Assembly: GCA_949511925.1 (NCBI GenBank) | Contig: CATEYX010000055.1 | Span: 1-63,547, forward strand | Direction: 5' to 3' | Source of the DNA: Cryomorphaceae bacterium | GTDB lineage: Bacteria > Bacteroidota > Bacteroidia > Flavobacteriales > BACL11 | Length of the DNA: 63,547 nucleotides | Part shown: piece after piece, positions 47,856 through 59,298 of the stretch | Layout: every line of letters starts with the position of its first letter | Numbering within the stretch: position 1 is the first letter of the stretch | Program-made: the position numbers and the translations under genes | Notes under the pieces: generated by a model | What the model was told of the DNA's origin: nothing | Database searches by the model: none | The model's input: only the letters and a program-made list of their open reading frames with translations

Positions 47856-47901
47856 TCAATAAGTTTAGTTTAAATACAAAACAAAAATAAATAACCTAAA
47901 A

Positions 47902-47909
47902 CAAAGTGT
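47902..47909 (-). promoter_or_regulatory. Candidate -7-like box (ACACTTTG on the minus strand) upstream of paralog 4
   Basis: The same octamer occurs upstream of groES. It lies about 47 nt before the paralog-4 ATG and just downstream of the ftsZ terminator. Confidence 0.25.
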
Positions 47910-47930
47910 TATGCTATGCATAGTAAATTA

Positions 47931-47959
47931 AAAAGCTCTACCGATACGGCAGAGCTTTT
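47931..47959 (-). terminator. Rho-independent terminator after ftsZ (end of the dcw operon)
   Basis: AAAAGCTCTaCCGataCGGcAGAGCTTTT: a long GC-containing stem flanked by A and T runs, about 30 nt after the ftsZ stop. Confidence 0.8.
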
Positions 47960-47990
47960 CAATAAAAACCAACAGTCTAATTACATATCG

Positions 47991-49625
47991 TTAATCTACA
48001 TTATCGTGCAAAAAAGAATTATTTTGTTTTAATTCTGTAGAATTATTTTTCCCATCACTTAAAGTATAAGTTGATATCTCATTTTCAGCTGAATGAGAAG
48101 TTGCATCTAACTCAATCTGATTACGCTTATAAGCAGGTATATCTTCCAGGTTCGTTAAACCTGAAGGTGTGCGCAACTGCTGAGAAATAGCTCGCAACCT
48201 GCTTTCACGCTCCCTAGCTTCAACTTTCATATTATCTAAACTAACTTTAGGATTGCTTTCCAAAGTTCTTAATGTCTCAACTTCTTCCTCATCATCCATT
48301 TCTAAGACAACTGTCTTCATTTCTACTTTTGATTGTTCCTTCAGAATAGAACTAATTACTTGATCAGGAGTTTCTTCTTCCTCATCAATATTCAATTCAA
48401 AAACAATCTTTTTTTCTTCAGCAATTTGAGGGATTGTCTCGACAGTTTCAGGTATTCCAAAAGTCATTGTTTCATCAATTGGAGCAACATATTCCTCCTC
48501 TTCCAAATCCAAAATGTGCTGAGGACTTTCGTTTGATAATAAATCTACAACAGGATCAATGCTAAAAGAAGATTCAGTCTTCTCATTAATTTTAATACTC
48601 TCTTCATCCAAACCAACAATAGTTGTTCCTTTCGGTTTTCTTTTTTCCTCAAAACCTGTCGCCACAACTGTTACACTTACAGCTGCACCTAATTCAGGGT
48701 CAATACCAATACCCTCAATAATATTTACATTTCGACCAGCTGCTTCTTGTATTTTATTTTTAATTTTAAATAGCTCTGACATTTTAATTTCATCATCTCC
48801 ATTACCAGTTACTATTTTTAACAATACTTGCTGAGCACCAGTAATATCGTTATCATTTAATAGTGGAGAATCCAAAGCTCCCATTACAGCCTCAATCGCT
48901 CTATTTTCACCTTCAGCAATTGCTTGTCCCATTACAGCAGTACCGCTATTTTCTAACACCTTACGAGCATCATTTAAGTCAATATTAACTAATAAATGTT
49001 GTGAAATTACTTCAGCAATTCCTTTTGTAGCAGTATTCAAGACCTCATTTGCTTTCCCGAATGCTTGAGTAAAAGTAAGATCACCATATACTTCAATCAA
49101 CTTATCGTTATTAATTATTAATAAAGTGTCAACATATTTTTTTAACTCGGCTAAACCATCTTCAGCATATTGCTTACGATAACCTCCCTCTGTAGAAAAC
49201 GGATTCGTAACCACACCCACAGTCAGAATTCCTTTTTCACGCGCAATTTCAGCAATTACAGGAGCAGCACCCGTACCAGTACCACCACCCATACCGGCAG
49301 TTAAAAACAACATTTTAGTATTTGCATCCAACAGTTCAATAATTCTATCAGCACTTTCTTCAGCCGCTTTTCTACCTACTTCAGGATTAGAACCTGCTCC
49401 TAAACCTTCAGTTAAGTTAGCTCCTAACTGAATTTTAATTGGCACTGGACTTGCTTCAAGAGCTTGTGCATCTGTGTTACAGATCACAAAATCCACACCT
49501 TTAATTCCATGTTCGAACATATAATTTACAGCATTACTACCTCCACCTCCAATACCCATCACTTTTATTTGTGACGATTGGTTTTTTGGCATTTGGAAAT
49601 CCATTCCTAAGTCAATTGCGCTCAT
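47991..49625 (-). CDS. ftsZ: Cell division GTPase FtsZ, with a long acidic linker and an extra C-terminal tail
   Basis: IKVMGIGGGGSNAVN, GMGGGTGTGAAPV and NDKL. The C-terminal peptide LEDIPAYKRN is followed by about 45 more residues, ending NSFLHDNVD. Confidence 0.97.
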   Translation of the reverse strand: MSAIDLGMDFQMPKNQSSQIKVMGIGGGGSNAVNYMFEHGIKGVDFVICNTDAQALEASPVPIKIQLGANLTEGLGAGSNPEVGRKAAEESADRIIELLDANTKMLFLTAGMGGGTGTGAAPVIAEIAREKGILTVGVVTNPFSTEGGYRKQYAEDGLAELKKYVDTLLIINNDKLIEVYGDLTFTQAFGKANEVLNTATKGIAEVISQHLLVNIDLNDARKVLENSGTAVMGQAIAEGENRAIEAVMGALDSPLLNDNDITGAQQVLLKIVTGNGDDEIKMSELFKIKNKIQEAAGRNVNIIEGIGIDPELGAAVSVTVVATGFEEKRKPKGTTIVGLDEESIKINEKTESSFSIDPVVDLLSNESPQHILDLEEEEYVAPIDETMTFGIPETVETIPQIAEEKKIVFELNIDEEEETPDQVISSILKEQSKVEMKTVVLEMDDEEEVETLRTLESNPKVSLDNMKVEARERESRLRAISQQLRTPSGLTNLEDIPAYKRNQIELDATSHSAENEISTYTLSDGKNNSTELKQNNSFLHDNVD

Positions 49626-49650
49626 AATTTTCTTTTTTAAAATTAATTTA

Positions 49651-50967
49651 TTAATCTATATTTTCTTCTGTAAACCATCCTGAAATCCTATCCATCAAGG
49701 TTGGCTCGATACTTTGCTCTACATCTACTGGTAATACATCAATTGTATCCTTTGTAACAGGATCCGCTATTCTTTTTGGAGCATTAGTATATTCTGCATG
49801 CTCAAAACCTTTAAGAACTAAACCAACACCTGTTGCATACATTGGACTAACAACAGTATCCTTTGACTCGCTTCCTAAATGTTCATTAGGGTAACCTATA
49901 CGCGTTTCCTTTCCTGTAACAAAAGCAACTAACTGCTTTAGGTTTCTTATCTGCGCGCCACCTCCAGTAATTACTATTCCTGTCATCAATTTATTTTCAT
50001 AACCAGAAACTTTAATCTGATGATATACCAAGTCAATAATCTCTTTATAACGAGAACCTATAATTTCTGATAAGTTTTTTACTGCTATTTCCTTTGGCTC
50101 CCTTCCTCTTAATCCTGGAATTGAAACCATTACATTTTCCTGATCCTCTGTGTACATTGCTGAACCAAATTTTACTTTCAACAACTCTGCCTGTTTTTCC
50201 AAAATAGATAATCCCGTTTTAATATCCTTAGTAATCACATTTCCACCAAAGGGAATTACTGCAGTATGACGAATAATATTATCTAAAAAGATAGCCACAT
50301 CAGTAGTACCACCACCAATATCTACCAAAGCAACTCCTTCTCTTAACTCATCATCATCCAAGGTAGCAACTGCTGAAGCAAAAGGTTCCAGCACTAATTC
50401 TTTAGGGGTTAAACCCGCTTTTTCCACACACCTTATTATATTACGCACAGCACCAACTTGAGCAGTAATTACATGAAAATTAGCTTCTAACTTTACTCCA
50501 GCCATACCTTTAGGGTCTTGTATTCCATCTTCACCATCCACAGTGTATTCTTGAGGGATAACATGAATTACTTCTTCACCTGGAATAGTAATTAGCTTAA
50601 ACATATTGGATTTCAACTTATCAATATCGGCTTTTTCGATCTCAATCTCAATATTATCTCTAACCAATTCTCCTCTATGTTGTAAGCTTTTTATATGCTG
50701 ACCAGCAATACCGACAAAAACCTCATCAATTTCAATTCCTGACTTTTTCTTTGCCTCACTAATTGCCTCTTTTATTGAGTCAACAGTTTTATCAATATTA
50801 GCTACAATTCCTCTAGCTACTCCATTAGAAACAGCTCTACCAGTACCTAATATCTCTAACTTCCCATACTGATTTTTCCTACCAATCATAACAGATATTT
50901 TGGTGGTCCCAATATCAAGACCTACCATGTAATCTCCTGCATTTATATGTTGATTGTTCTCTTCCAT
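49651..50967 (-). CDS. ftsA: Cell division protein FtsA
   Basis: Actin-fold motifs: VGLDIGTTKISV, VDIGGGTTDVAIF, ITGGGAQI. Confidence 0.95.
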   Translation of the reverse strand: MEENNQHINAGDYMVGLDIGTTKISVMIGRKNQYGKLEILGTGRAVSNGVARGIVANIDKTVDSIKEAISEAKKKSGIEIDEVFVGIAGQHIKSLQHRGELVRDNIEIEIEKADIDKLKSNMFKLITIPGEEVIHVIPQEYTVDGEDGIQDPKGMAGVKLEANFHVITAQVGAVRNIIRCVEKAGLTPKELVLEPFASAVATLDDDELREGVALVDIGGGTTDVAIFLDNIIRHTAVIPFGGNVITKDIKTGLSILEKQAELLKVKFGSAMYTEDQENVMVSIPGLRGREPKEIAVKNLSEIIGSRYKEIIDLVYHQIKVSGYENKLMTGIVITGGGAQIRNLKQLVAFVTGKETRIGYPNEHLGSESKDTVVSPMYATGVGLVLKGFEHAEYTNAPKRIADPVTKDTIDVLPVDVEQSIEPTLMDRISGWFTEENID

Positions 50968-50970
50968 TTC

Positions 50971-51690
50971 TTATTTTTTTGTACAAACAATTTGATTATT
51001 ATATGCTAAACTAATCTCACTATAATTTTCCCACCCTTTAACAGGCATTGCTTGTTTATAAAACTGATATAAGTTTCCTAACTTTTTATTCACATCTGTA
51101 AGTGTACCAAAATGTATTTTCTGACTGCCTACCCTAGGAATAATGATTACTTCATTATTGTTAAAATGCAACTGAGTAATTTGTGATTTCCAGAATTTCT
51201 CCTTATTTATTCTTTCTACAAAACTGAAAATACTTGAATGATTCGACTCATTCACCTCTCCAGTTACAACCAAAACTCTTGGCGTGTATTCGCTTGATAA
51301 AGGCATTTTCATTCCTTGTTCATCCAAATAATAATCGGTATTATCAGTTTTAATGCGAACTACCGCCTTCCTTTGTTGTAAGTTAATATTAATCACACCT
51401 TCTTGATTGCTGTATACCTGCGCATTTTTAACAGCTGGATGCTGCAAAAAAGCTACCTCCAATTCGTTCAAATAAAAATTTGAAAGAGCAACACTATCAA
51501 AACTAAAATTATGTTGTTCAATATATTTTAAAGCAATCTGTTCAGTCATAAATTCATCTTCTGACACTTCAATATTGATTTGATTTAAGAACACCATTTG
51601 CTTATTTTGCTTTTGATTCGTAAACGACAAAACCACAACCATCAATGACAATAGCATTCCCCACTTTAATATTTGCAATACTTTTTTCAT
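50971..51690 (-). CDS. ftsQ: Cell division protein FtsQ
   Basis: One N-terminal TM helix followed by POTRA-like and FtsQ beta domains. Lies between murC and ftsA. Confidence 0.8.
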   Translation of the reverse strand: MKKVLQILKWGMLLSLMVVVLSFTNQKQNKQMVFLNQINIEVSEDEFMTEQIALKYIEQHNFSFDSVALSNFYLNELEVAFLQHPAVKNAQVYSNQEGVININLQQRKAVVRIKTDNTDYYLDEQGMKMPLSSEYTPRVLVVTGEVNESNHSSIFSFVERINKEKFWKSQITQLHFNNNEVIIIPRVGSQKIHFGTLTDVNKKLGNLYQFYKQAMPVKGWENYSEISLAYNNQIVCTKK

Positions 51691-53090
51691 TAGTTAAGCA
51701 TATGTTTTATGGGTTGTGCTAAAGTACCAATATCGCCAGCTCCTAGAGTAATCAACACATCTAAATTTTCTCTTTCCAATATTTTTAACAACTCCTGCTT
51801 ACTACATGTTTCTTTTTTTGGACTAGTACACAAATCCAACAACATTCTAGCGTTTACACCCTCAATTGGCAATTCTCTTGCAGGATATATATCTAACAAA
51901 ATAAGCTGGTCGGCTAAAGATAATGAAACCGCAAATTCTTGCGCAAAATCCTTAGTGCGGGAAAACAAATGTGGCTGGAATACTACAGTAATCTCTCGCT
52001 CAGGAAATAAAATTTTTGCTGCATTTATTGTGGCACTTACTTCTTGAGGATGATGTGCATAATCGTCAACATAAGCTAAATCTTGTGTATTGATGTGAAC
52101 ATCAAATCTTCTATTTATTCCTTTGAAAGTGTCTAATCCCTTTACAATATCTTCACATGAAAGCCCTAAATAACAGGCAACTGCTGAAGCAGCAATTGCA
52201 TTACTCACATTGTGTATTCCTGGTAAAATAAATGACAATCCTTCTTGCTTTTTTTCATAAGTCATGCCTGGCATAATATCCATAGCTGTCAAATCAAAAA
52301 TCATTTTCCCATCTTTGACTTTTATATTTTCAGCAGAGTAATCCGCTTTATTTACTGCTGAATAAGTTAACTTCATTCCATGATCAGGAGTCGGAAAATC
52401 AATCTTTATGGATTCCTCCAACAATAATAAACCATTGGGTTTTATTTGAGATGCAAACTGCTTAAATGCATTATGTAAATCTTGTTTGTCCTTATAAATA
52501 TCCAAATGATCAGCATCCACAGAAGTAATAATTGCTATATCAGGTTGTAATTGCAAAAAAGACTTATCGTATTCATCTGCTTCCACAATAAGGATATTTC
52601 CTTTTTCAGCTAACATTAAATTTGAATTATAATTCTTGCTTATACCTCCCAAAAAGGCTGTAGATTGTTTCCCTGCATGATTCAAAACATGAGCCAAAAT
52701 TGCAGAAGTTGTTGTTTTACCATGTGTACCCGCAACAGCAATAGTAAAAGATTCTTTGCTTATCATCCCTAACACCTCAGCTCTTTTGTGCAGATTAAAT
52801 TCTTTATCCTTAAAATAATTTAGCACTCTATTTTCCTCAGAAATTGCAGGAGTATAAATAACTAAAATTTCATTATAAGTAGCATCTTGTATGTATTGCG
52901 GGATATTTTCTACTGCATCATTGTAATGAATTTTGACTCCTTCACTTTCCAGTTCAAGACATAAATCTGATTGTACTTTATCATAACCACAAACCTGTTT
53001 CCCCTGAGCATTAAAATAGCGTGCCAAAGCACTCATTCCAATCCCTCCAACACCAATTAGGTAAATATGTTTGTATAAATCTATATTCAT
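51690..53090 (-). CDS. murC: UDP-N-acetylmuramate--L-alanine ligase
   Basis: IYLIGVGGIGMSALA, AVAGTHGKTTT and DDYAHHP. Confidence 0.95.
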   Translation of the reverse strand: MNIDLYKHIYLIGVGGIGMSALARYFNAQGKQVCGYDKVQSDLCLELESEGVKIHYNDAVENIPQYIQDATYNEILVIYTPAISEENRVLNYFKDKEFNLHKRAEVLGMISKESFTIAVAGTHGKTTTSAILAHVLNHAGKQSTAFLGGISKNYNSNLMLAEKGNILIVEADEYDKSFLQLQPDIAIITSVDADHLDIYKDKQDLHNAFKQFASQIKPNGLLLLEESIKIDFPTPDHGMKLTYSAVNKADYSAENIKVKDGKMIFDLTAMDIMPGMTYEKKQEGLSFILPGIHNVSNAIAASAVACYLGLSCEDIVKGLDTFKGINRRFDVHINTQDLAYVDDYAHHPQEVSATINAAKILFPEREITVVFQPHLFSRTKDFAQEFAVSLSLADQLILLDIYPARELPIEGVNARMLLDLCTSPKKETCSKQELLKILERENLDVLITLGAGDIGTLAQPIKHMLN

Positions 53091-54205
53091 TTTATTAAAC
53101 CCAAAGCAATTTCTGCTATCCTATCTGCTGCATCTTTAACAGCTAATTTTTTAATATTATTACTTAACTTTTCTTGCTTACTACTATCTGTTATTAATTC
53201 CAGTAGCGTAAGTACAAGTTTACGGCTTGCATCCTTATCCTTAACAAGTAAAGCAGCATTCTTATTAACCAAGGATTGTGCATTTTTATACTGATGATTT
53301 TCGGACACATTAGGAGAGGGAACCAAGATAATTGGCTTCCCTACACAACACAATTCTGAAATAGCAATTGCTCCAGCACGCGAAACAATAACATCAGCAG
53401 CAGCATAAGCTAAATCCATATCTTTTATAAAAGTATATGCCTGTATTCCATCCACTCCAACCTTATTAGTAATCTCTTTAGCTTGATTCTGAAAAGAAAT
53501 CCCTGTTTGCCAAATTAAGTTAACATTAGCCGTTTCAAAATCAGCTATATTTTCAGCAATAGCATTGTTTATTGTACGCGCACCCAAACTACCACCAACT
53601 ACCAAAACAGTTGGCTTTGAAACATCTACACCAAACAGTTTTCTACCTTCCTCAACTTTCGTATCAAAACTTAAAATATCTTCACGGATAGGGTTTCCTG
53701 TAATAATCAATTTTTCATTTCCAAAAAATCTCTCCATATTATCGTAAGCTACACAAACCTTTTGAACATATTTTGCTAAAATTTTATTGGTAATTCCTGG
53801 ATAAGAATTTTGCTCTTGAATAAGTGAAGGCACCCCATTATTAGCAGCTGCAAAAAGCAAAGGACCACTAGCATAACCACCAGTTCCAATTGCTAAATCA
53901 GGTTTAAATTGTTTGATGGTTTTTCTTGCTTTCAGCAAGCTACTTACCACCTTAAAAGGAAATAATAAATTACGCCTACTAAAGTTTCTTTGCAAGCCAC
54001 TAATCCAAAGTCCGACAATTTTATATCCTTCTGCTGGAATTTTTTCCATTTCCATTCTGTCTTCAGCACCAACAAATAGAAACTCTACTTTATCTACTTT
54101 TTTTTCTAACGCTTTTGCAATTGCTAAGGCAGGGAAGATATGTCCTCCCGTACCACCTCCGCTAATGATTACTTTAAGCTTTTTCATACTTTCTGTCTGT
54201 TGCAT
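53087..54205 (-). CDS. murG: Undecaprenyl-PP-MurNAc-pentapeptide UDP-GlcNAc transferase
   Basis: ISGGGTGGHIFPALA, GGYASGP and GGSLGA. The start could instead be Met 7 (54187). Confidence 0.93.
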   Translation of the reverse strand: MQQTESMKKLKVIISGGGTGGHIFPALAIAKALEKKVDKVEFLFVGAEDRMEMEKIPAEGYKIVGLWISGLQRNFSRRNLLFPFKVVSSLLKARKTIKQFKPDLAIGTGGYASGPLLFAAANNGVPSLIQEQNSYPGITNKILAKYVQKVCVAYDNMERFFGNEKLIITGNPIREDILSFDTKVEEGRKLFGVDVSKPTVLVVGGSLGARTINNAIAENIADFETANVNLIWQTGISFQNQAKEITNKVGVDGIQAYTFIKDMDLAYAAADVIVSRAGAIAISELCCVGKPIILVPSPNVSENHQYKNAQSLVNKNAALLVKDKDASRKLVLTLLELITDSSKQEKLSNNIKKLAVKDAADRIAEIALGLIK

Positions 54206-55304
54206 CTCTGCTTACACTTAATACTATCCCAATTGCAATACACGAAAATACAATTGAGGTTCCTCCCATACTTATAAGTGGTAGGGTTTGCCCTGTAACT
54301 GGCAATACCTCTACTGAAACTAACATATTTATTAAGGCTTGAAAAACTAATGAAAACATTAAACCCGTAGCTAGTAAACTACCAAAGACACTCTCTACTC
54401 TCAATGCAATTCTAATGGCTCTGAACATTAAAATCAAATAAAACAACAAAGCTAATACACCTCCAAACAAACCATATTCCTCAATAATAATTGCATAAAT
54501 AAAATCGGAAGATGAATAAGGTAAAATATTTCTTTGTGTACTTTTTCCTGGACCAACTCCTGTCATCCCTCCATTTTGTATGGCTACCAACGCTTGTGTT
54601 TGCTGAAAATCTTTAGTCTGCTCATCTCCCTTAGCATCAACAAAATAACTATCAATACGACTTACCCAAGTAGCTGACCTTGGCATAATTTTTGTTCCTA
54701 AAGGAGTAAATTTAGCAGTCGCATAAATAGTAAGTGCTCCTACAAAAGCAAATCCTATAATCGCTGCAATAAATTTAATACGAATTTTCCCAACAAACAT
54801 TAGTACCAAACCATTAATAAACACCAAAGCTGCAGTTGAAAAATTATTTGGTAAAATTAACACACACACCAAAATTAAAGGTCCTAAAACATGCCAAAAT
54901 AATTCTTTAAAATCATGTAGAGAATCCCTTTGCTTACTAATCTGCCTTGCCATATAGACGAGTATTGCCAACTTGGCTACATCAGAAGGTTGAAATTGTT
55001 GACCAGCAATTTGCAACCACCTTGACGCTCCGTTAACACTTACCCCTATAAGCAAAACTAAAACCAGTAAAAACAAGCTAAAAAGAAATCCTAACTGTCC
55101 TATTTTTGAAAAATACTTAAACTTGATTTTATGCACAACATACATAGCAAACAAACCCAATAATAATTTAGTAATATGACTAAATAAAAAATGCCAACCA
55201 GCAGTACTGTATACTACTAATATAGAAGACAAAGACAAAGCAAGGACTACTCCCCAAATTGTTCTATCTCCTTCTAAATTGATATTTTTTATCCAAGAAC
55301 TCAT
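54174..55304 (-). CDS. ftsW: Peptidoglycan glycosyltransferase FtsW (SEDS family)
   Basis: Ten TM helices with QPSDVAKLA, SDFIYAIIIEEYG and LPLISMGGTS motifs. Confidence 0.93.
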   Translation of the reverse strand: MSSWIKNINLEGDRTIWGVVLALSLSSILVVYSTAGWHFLFSHITKLLLGLFAMYVVHKIKFKYFSKIGQLGFLFSLFLLVLVLLIGVSVNGASRWLQIAGQQFQPSDVAKLAILVYMARQISKQRDSLHDFKELFWHVLGPLILVCVLILPNNFSTAALVFINGLVLMFVGKIRIKFIAAIIGFAFVGALTIYATAKFTPLGTKIMPRSATWVSRIDSYFVDAKGDEQTKDFQQTQALVAIQNGGMTGVGPGKSTQRNILPYSSSDFIYAIIIEEYGLFGGVLALLFYLILMFRAIRIALRVESVFGSLLATGLMFSLVFQALINMLVSVEVLPVTGQTLPLISMGGTSIVFSCIAIGIVLSVSRDATDRKYEKA

Positions 55305-56624
55305 TTACAGATTACGAACTTGTTTTTTAAACTGCATACCTCTATCTTCATAATTAGCAAATAAATCAAAACTCGCACAAGCTGGTGACAACAAAACAAC
55401 ATCCTGCTTGCCCGCTAATGCATAAGATTGATTTACAGCCTCCTGCATATTTGATGCCTGAACAATAATTTCTACTTTTCCTTTGAAAGCTTCAATAATA
55501 TTTTCATTACTTTCTCCTAAACAAATAATTGCCTTTACCTTTTTATCAACCATTTCAGTTAACTCAGCATAGTCATTTCCTTTATCTACCCCGCCAACTA
55601 TCCACACCACATCTTTAGTCATGCTTTCAAGAGCGTACCAACAAGCATTTAAATTAGTTGCTTTAGAATCGTTAATAAAATCGATACCATGTACTGTAAG
55701 TACATATTCCAATCTGTGTTCTACATTTTGGAAATCAATCATTGCTTGACGAATAACCGTATCCTTTACTTCAAAAACTCTTGCTGCCATAGCGGCTGCC
55801 ATTGAGTTAAAAATATTGTGCCTGCCTTGTAGGGCTAGTTCTTGCATGGTCATAGTAGTATTATTTAAATTAATTGTTATTTTATTGTTATTGTAAAATC
55901 CACCTTCTGTTTGCTTAGTTGTTAATGAGATAGGGAGTTTTTTTGCTTTTGTTGTGAGTACCTCCATCATTGCATCATCTGCATTATAAATTAGTACATC
56001 TTGCGTAGTTTGATTTTCAGTAATCCTGAATTTTGATGCCGCATAATTTTCCAATTTATTATTATATCTATCCAAATGATCAGCAGAAATATTTAACAAC
56101 ATAGCTACATCACTTCTGAATTTCTGAATACCATCCAACTGAAAACTACTCAATTCCAAAACGATATAATCATAATCACGCTCAGCTAAAGAAAGTGCAA
56201 ACCCAACACCTACATTTCCTGCAACAAGCACATCATATCCTGCACTTTTCAGTACATGCCCAAGCAGTAAAGTAGTTGTGGTTTTTCCGTTACTGCCTGT
56301 AATAGCTGCAATTTTTGCATTGGTATATCTAAAAGCAAATTCTATTTCAGAAATTACAGGAATCTCTTTTGCAATTAATTGCTGAATCAAATCTACATTA
56401 TCAGGAATTCCTGGACTTTTAATCACCTCATCTGCATTTAAAATTTTAGCAGATGAATGCTTTTGTTCCTCCCACTCAATCTCATTATTTAAAAGAACTG
56501 CTTTATTTTCATCCGTGATTGTTCCTTTATCCGAAACAAAAACATCAAATCCTTTCTTCTTTGCTAAAACAGCCGCACCAATTCCACTAATCCCAACTCC
56601 TAGTACGACTATTCTTTTTGCCAT
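55305..56624 (-). CDS. murD: UDP-N-acetylmuramoylalanine--D-glutamate ligase
   Basis: I chose Met 20 ([18 protein letters not shown]), which gives a TAATG junction with the mraY stop. Also ITGSNGKTTT. Confidence 0.93.
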   Translation of the reverse strand: MAKRIVVLGVGISGIGAAVLAKKKGFDVFVSDKGTITDENKAVLLNNEIEWEEQKHSSAKILNADEVIKSPGIPDNVDLIQQLIAKEIPVISEIEFAFRYTNAKIAAITGSNGKTTTTLLLGHVLKSAGYDVLVAGNVGVGFALSLAERDYDYIVLELSSFQLDGIQKFRSDVAMLLNISADHLDRYNNKLENYAASKFRITENQTTQDVLIYNADDAMMEVLTTKAKKLPISLTTKQTEGGFYNNNKITINLNNTTMTMQELALQGRHNIFNSMAAAMAARVFEVKDTVIRQAMIDFQNVEHRLEYVLTVHGIDFINDSKATNLNACWYALESMTKDVVWIVGGVDKGNDYAELTEMVDKKVKAIICLGESNENIIEAFKGKVEIIVQASNMQEAVNQSYALAGKQDVVLLSPACASFDLFANYEDRGMQFKKQVRNL

Positions 56625-57838
56625 TACCTCAGCTTTAAAGTAACTATTGTTATAACTGCTAACATGATTCCAACAATCCAAAACCGTGTTACAATTTTAC
56701 TTTCGTGCATTCCTAATTTCTGGTAATGATGATGCAATGGAGCCATCTTAAAGACACGCTTGCCAACACCAAATTTCTTTTTTGTGTATTTGAAATAACC
56801 TACTTGTAGTATTACTGATACATTTTCAATTAAAAATATCCCACACAAAATAGGGATAAGTAATTCTTTACGAATTAGGATAGCAACTACAGCAATAATA
56901 CCCCCTAAAGCCAAAGATCCTGTATCACCCATAAATACTTGTGCTGGATAAGAATTGTACCACATAAACCCTACACAAGCCCCAACAAAAGCGGACATAT
57001 AAATCACCAATTCCCCTGTATTGGGAATATACATTATATTCAGATAGTCGGCAGCAATTATATTACCAGACACATAGGCAAAAAGGGCAAGTGTGGCTCC
57101 AATTATTGCTGAAGTACCTGTCGCTAAACCATCTAAACCATCAGTCATGTTTGCTCCATTGGAAACTGCTGTTATGATAATTACTACTATCAGAATAAAG
57201 AATATCCAAGCAAAATCTTTTGCGGAATCTCCCATCCAAGAAGTTAGATCTTGATAGTCAAATTCATTATTTTTAAAGAAAGGAGTTGTTGTTTTTGAGG
57301 ATTTCTGAGCTAGATCAACCGAACCAATTATTTCAGTTTCTAAAGAAAGTTTCACCTCTTCTTTCACTACAATATCAGAATGGAAAACCATTACTAAACC
57401 AACAATTAAACCAATCCCTACTTGTCCTAAAATCTTAAATCTACCAGCAAGACCTTCTTTGTCTTTTTTATACACCTTGATATAATCATCAATAAAACCA
57501 ATTGCACCTAGCCAAAGGGTAGATACAATCATAATAATGATATATATATTATCCAATTTAGTAAATAATAGGGTAGGAATAAGAATAGCTGCCAATATGA
57601 TTAAACCACCCATAGTTGGCGTTCCTTTTTTACTTTCCTCACCTGCTAAACCCAATTCCCTTACTTGTTCTCCAATCTGTTTATTACGGATTATATTAAT
57701 AATCTTACCCCCAAAAACTAAAGACACTAAAAGGGAAGTGATAATTGCCATTGCTGCACGAAATGAAATATATTGAAACAGTCCTGCTCCAGGAAAATCA
57801 TAGGTGTTTTGTAGGTATTCGAATAAATAGTATAGCAT
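56624..57838 (-). CDS. mraY: Phospho-N-acetylmuramoyl-pentapeptide transferase
   Basis: [32 protein letters not shown] and APLHHH. Confidence 0.96.
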   Translation of the reverse strand: MLYYLFEYLQNTYDFPGAGLFQYISFRAAMAIITSLLVSLVFGGKIINIIRNKQIGEQVRELGLAGEESKKGTPTMGGLIILAAILIPTLLFTKLDNIYIIIMIVSTLWLGAIGFIDDYIKVYKKDKEGLAGRFKILGQVGIGLIVGLVMVFHSDIVVKEEVKLSLETEIIGSVDLAQKSSKTTTPFFKNNEFDYQDLTSWMGDSAKDFAWIFFILIVVIIITAVSNGANMTDGLDGLATGTSAIIGATLALFAYVSGNIIAADYLNIMYIPNTGELVIYMSAFVGACVGFMWYNSYPAQVFMGDTGSLALGGIIAVVAILIRKELLIPILCGIFLIENVSVILQVGYFKYTKKKFGVGKRVFKMAPLHHHYQKLGMHESKIVTRFWIVGIMLAVITIVTLKLR

Positions 57839-59298
57839 TATTGTTTAATTATATTTAATGATTGTTTAAGTTCTTCTATATCGTCAAATGGAAATTTTTC
57901 ACCATTAATTTCTTGATATTTTTCGTGTCCTTTTCCTGCGACCAAAACAATATCATTGGCACTAGCTAGGCGGCAAGCTGTTTTTATGGCTTGTTTCCTG
58001 TCGATAATTACCAATACTTTTTTCTGCTGAACAGGGTCAAGCTCTTGAATCATATCTTCTATAATTGCATCTGGATTTTCACTTCTTGGATTATCTGAAG
58101 TAAGGATAACTTGATTGCTTAAATTACAAGCCACAGCCGCCATCAATGGACGCTTAGCCTTATCTCTATCGCCACCACAACCTACTACTGTTATCAACTG
58201 CTCAGTGTTTGTTCTAATATTATTAACAGTAGCAAGTACATTCTTAAGTGCATCATCTGTATGCGCATAATCAACTATTGCAGTAATTTTTTCTTCTGAT
58301 TGTAAATATTGAAATCTTCCTTCAGGTGATTTAAGCATACTCAATGCTGTAAGCACTTCATGGTCTTCAAAACCAAACTGATTAGCAACAGCATAAACTG
58401 AAAGCATATTGTAGGCATTAAAATCTCCTATCAATTTTACCCAAACATCAACTTTATTTATGTTTAACAACATTCCCTCAAATTGATTTTCGAGCACTCT
58501 ACATTTATAGTTCGAAACCGATTTTAATGAATAAGTATATTTTTGGGATTTCGTCCCCTCTAGCATTTTCATTCCATTTTTATCATCTTTATTTGTAAGT
58601 GCAAAAGCTGATTTTGGCAATAGGTCAAAAAATGATTTTTTCACATCTCTGTATTCAGCAAAGCTGTTATGGTAGTCCAAATGATCCTGAGTAAGATTCG
58701 TAAAAACACCTCCAGTAAAATTTAGACCTGAAATCCTGCCTTGGGCAATAGCATGAGAACTCACTTCCATAAAACAATATTCACAGCCTTGAGCAATCAT
58801 CTCATTTAATAAAAAATTAATTTGCAAAGCATCAGGAGTAGTATGAGTAGATGGAATAATTTTATCAATAATTTTATTCTGAATAGTAGAGAGCATTCCA
58901 ACTTTTACATTCATTATAGAAAACAGTTGTGCTAACAAACTCACAATAGTTGTTTTCCCATTTGTACCAGTCACTCCTACTAGTTTAATTTTTTCAGAAG
59001 GATTATCGTAAAAATTAGCAGCTATAATTCCTAAAGCAATATTATTATCCTCCACCTCTACATAGGTAATATTATCATCCAAGTTAGTAGGCATATCCTC
59101 CAACACAATAACTTTAGCCCCTGAATCAATCGTTTGTGAGATATAAGCATGCCCATCTGACTGAGTTCCTTTTAAGGCAACAAACAAAGAAGCCGCTTTC
59201 ACTTTTCTAGAATCAAAAGCAATATCAGCTACCTCAACATTTGTAGACCCAATGATTTTTACAAAACTTACTTTATATAATAGCTCTTGTAAATTCAT
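57838..59298 (-). CDS. murE: UDP-MurNAc-L-Ala-D-Glu--2,6-diaminopimelate ligase
   Basis: [20 protein letters not shown]-like (DYAHTDDAL) and DNPRSE (the DAP-specificity DNPR motif). Confidence 0.94.
   Translation of the reverse strand: MNLQELLYKVSFVKIIGSTNVEVADIAFDSRKVKAASLFVALKGTQSDGHAYISQTIDSGAKVIVLEDMPTNLDDNITYVEVEDNNIALGIIAANFYDNPSEKIKLVGVTGTNGKTTIVSLLAQLFSIMNVKVGMLSTIQNKIIDKIIPSTHTTPDALQINFLLNEMIAQGCEYCFMEVSSHAIAQGRISGLNFTGGVFTNLTQDHLDYHNSFAEYRDVKKSFFDLLPKSAFALTNKDDKNGMKMLEGTKSQKYTYSLKSVSNYKCRVLENQFEGMLLNINKVDVWVKLIGDFNAYNMLSVYAVANQFGFEDHEVLTALSMLKSPEGRFQYLQSEEKITAIVDYAHTDDALKNVLATVNNIRTNTEQLITVVGCGGDRDKAKRPLMAAVACNLSNQVILTSDNPRSENPDAIIEDMIQELDPVQQKKVLVIIDRKQAIKTACRLASANDIVLVAGKGHEKYQEINGEKFPFDDIEELKQSLNIIKQ

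Noticed and set aside
55305-56681. Longer murD ORF starting [19 protein letters not shown]
   Set aside because: The extension overlaps the mraY C-terminus by 58 nt and precedes the canonical MurD N-terminus and Rossmann motif. Met 20 gives a clean TAATG junction.
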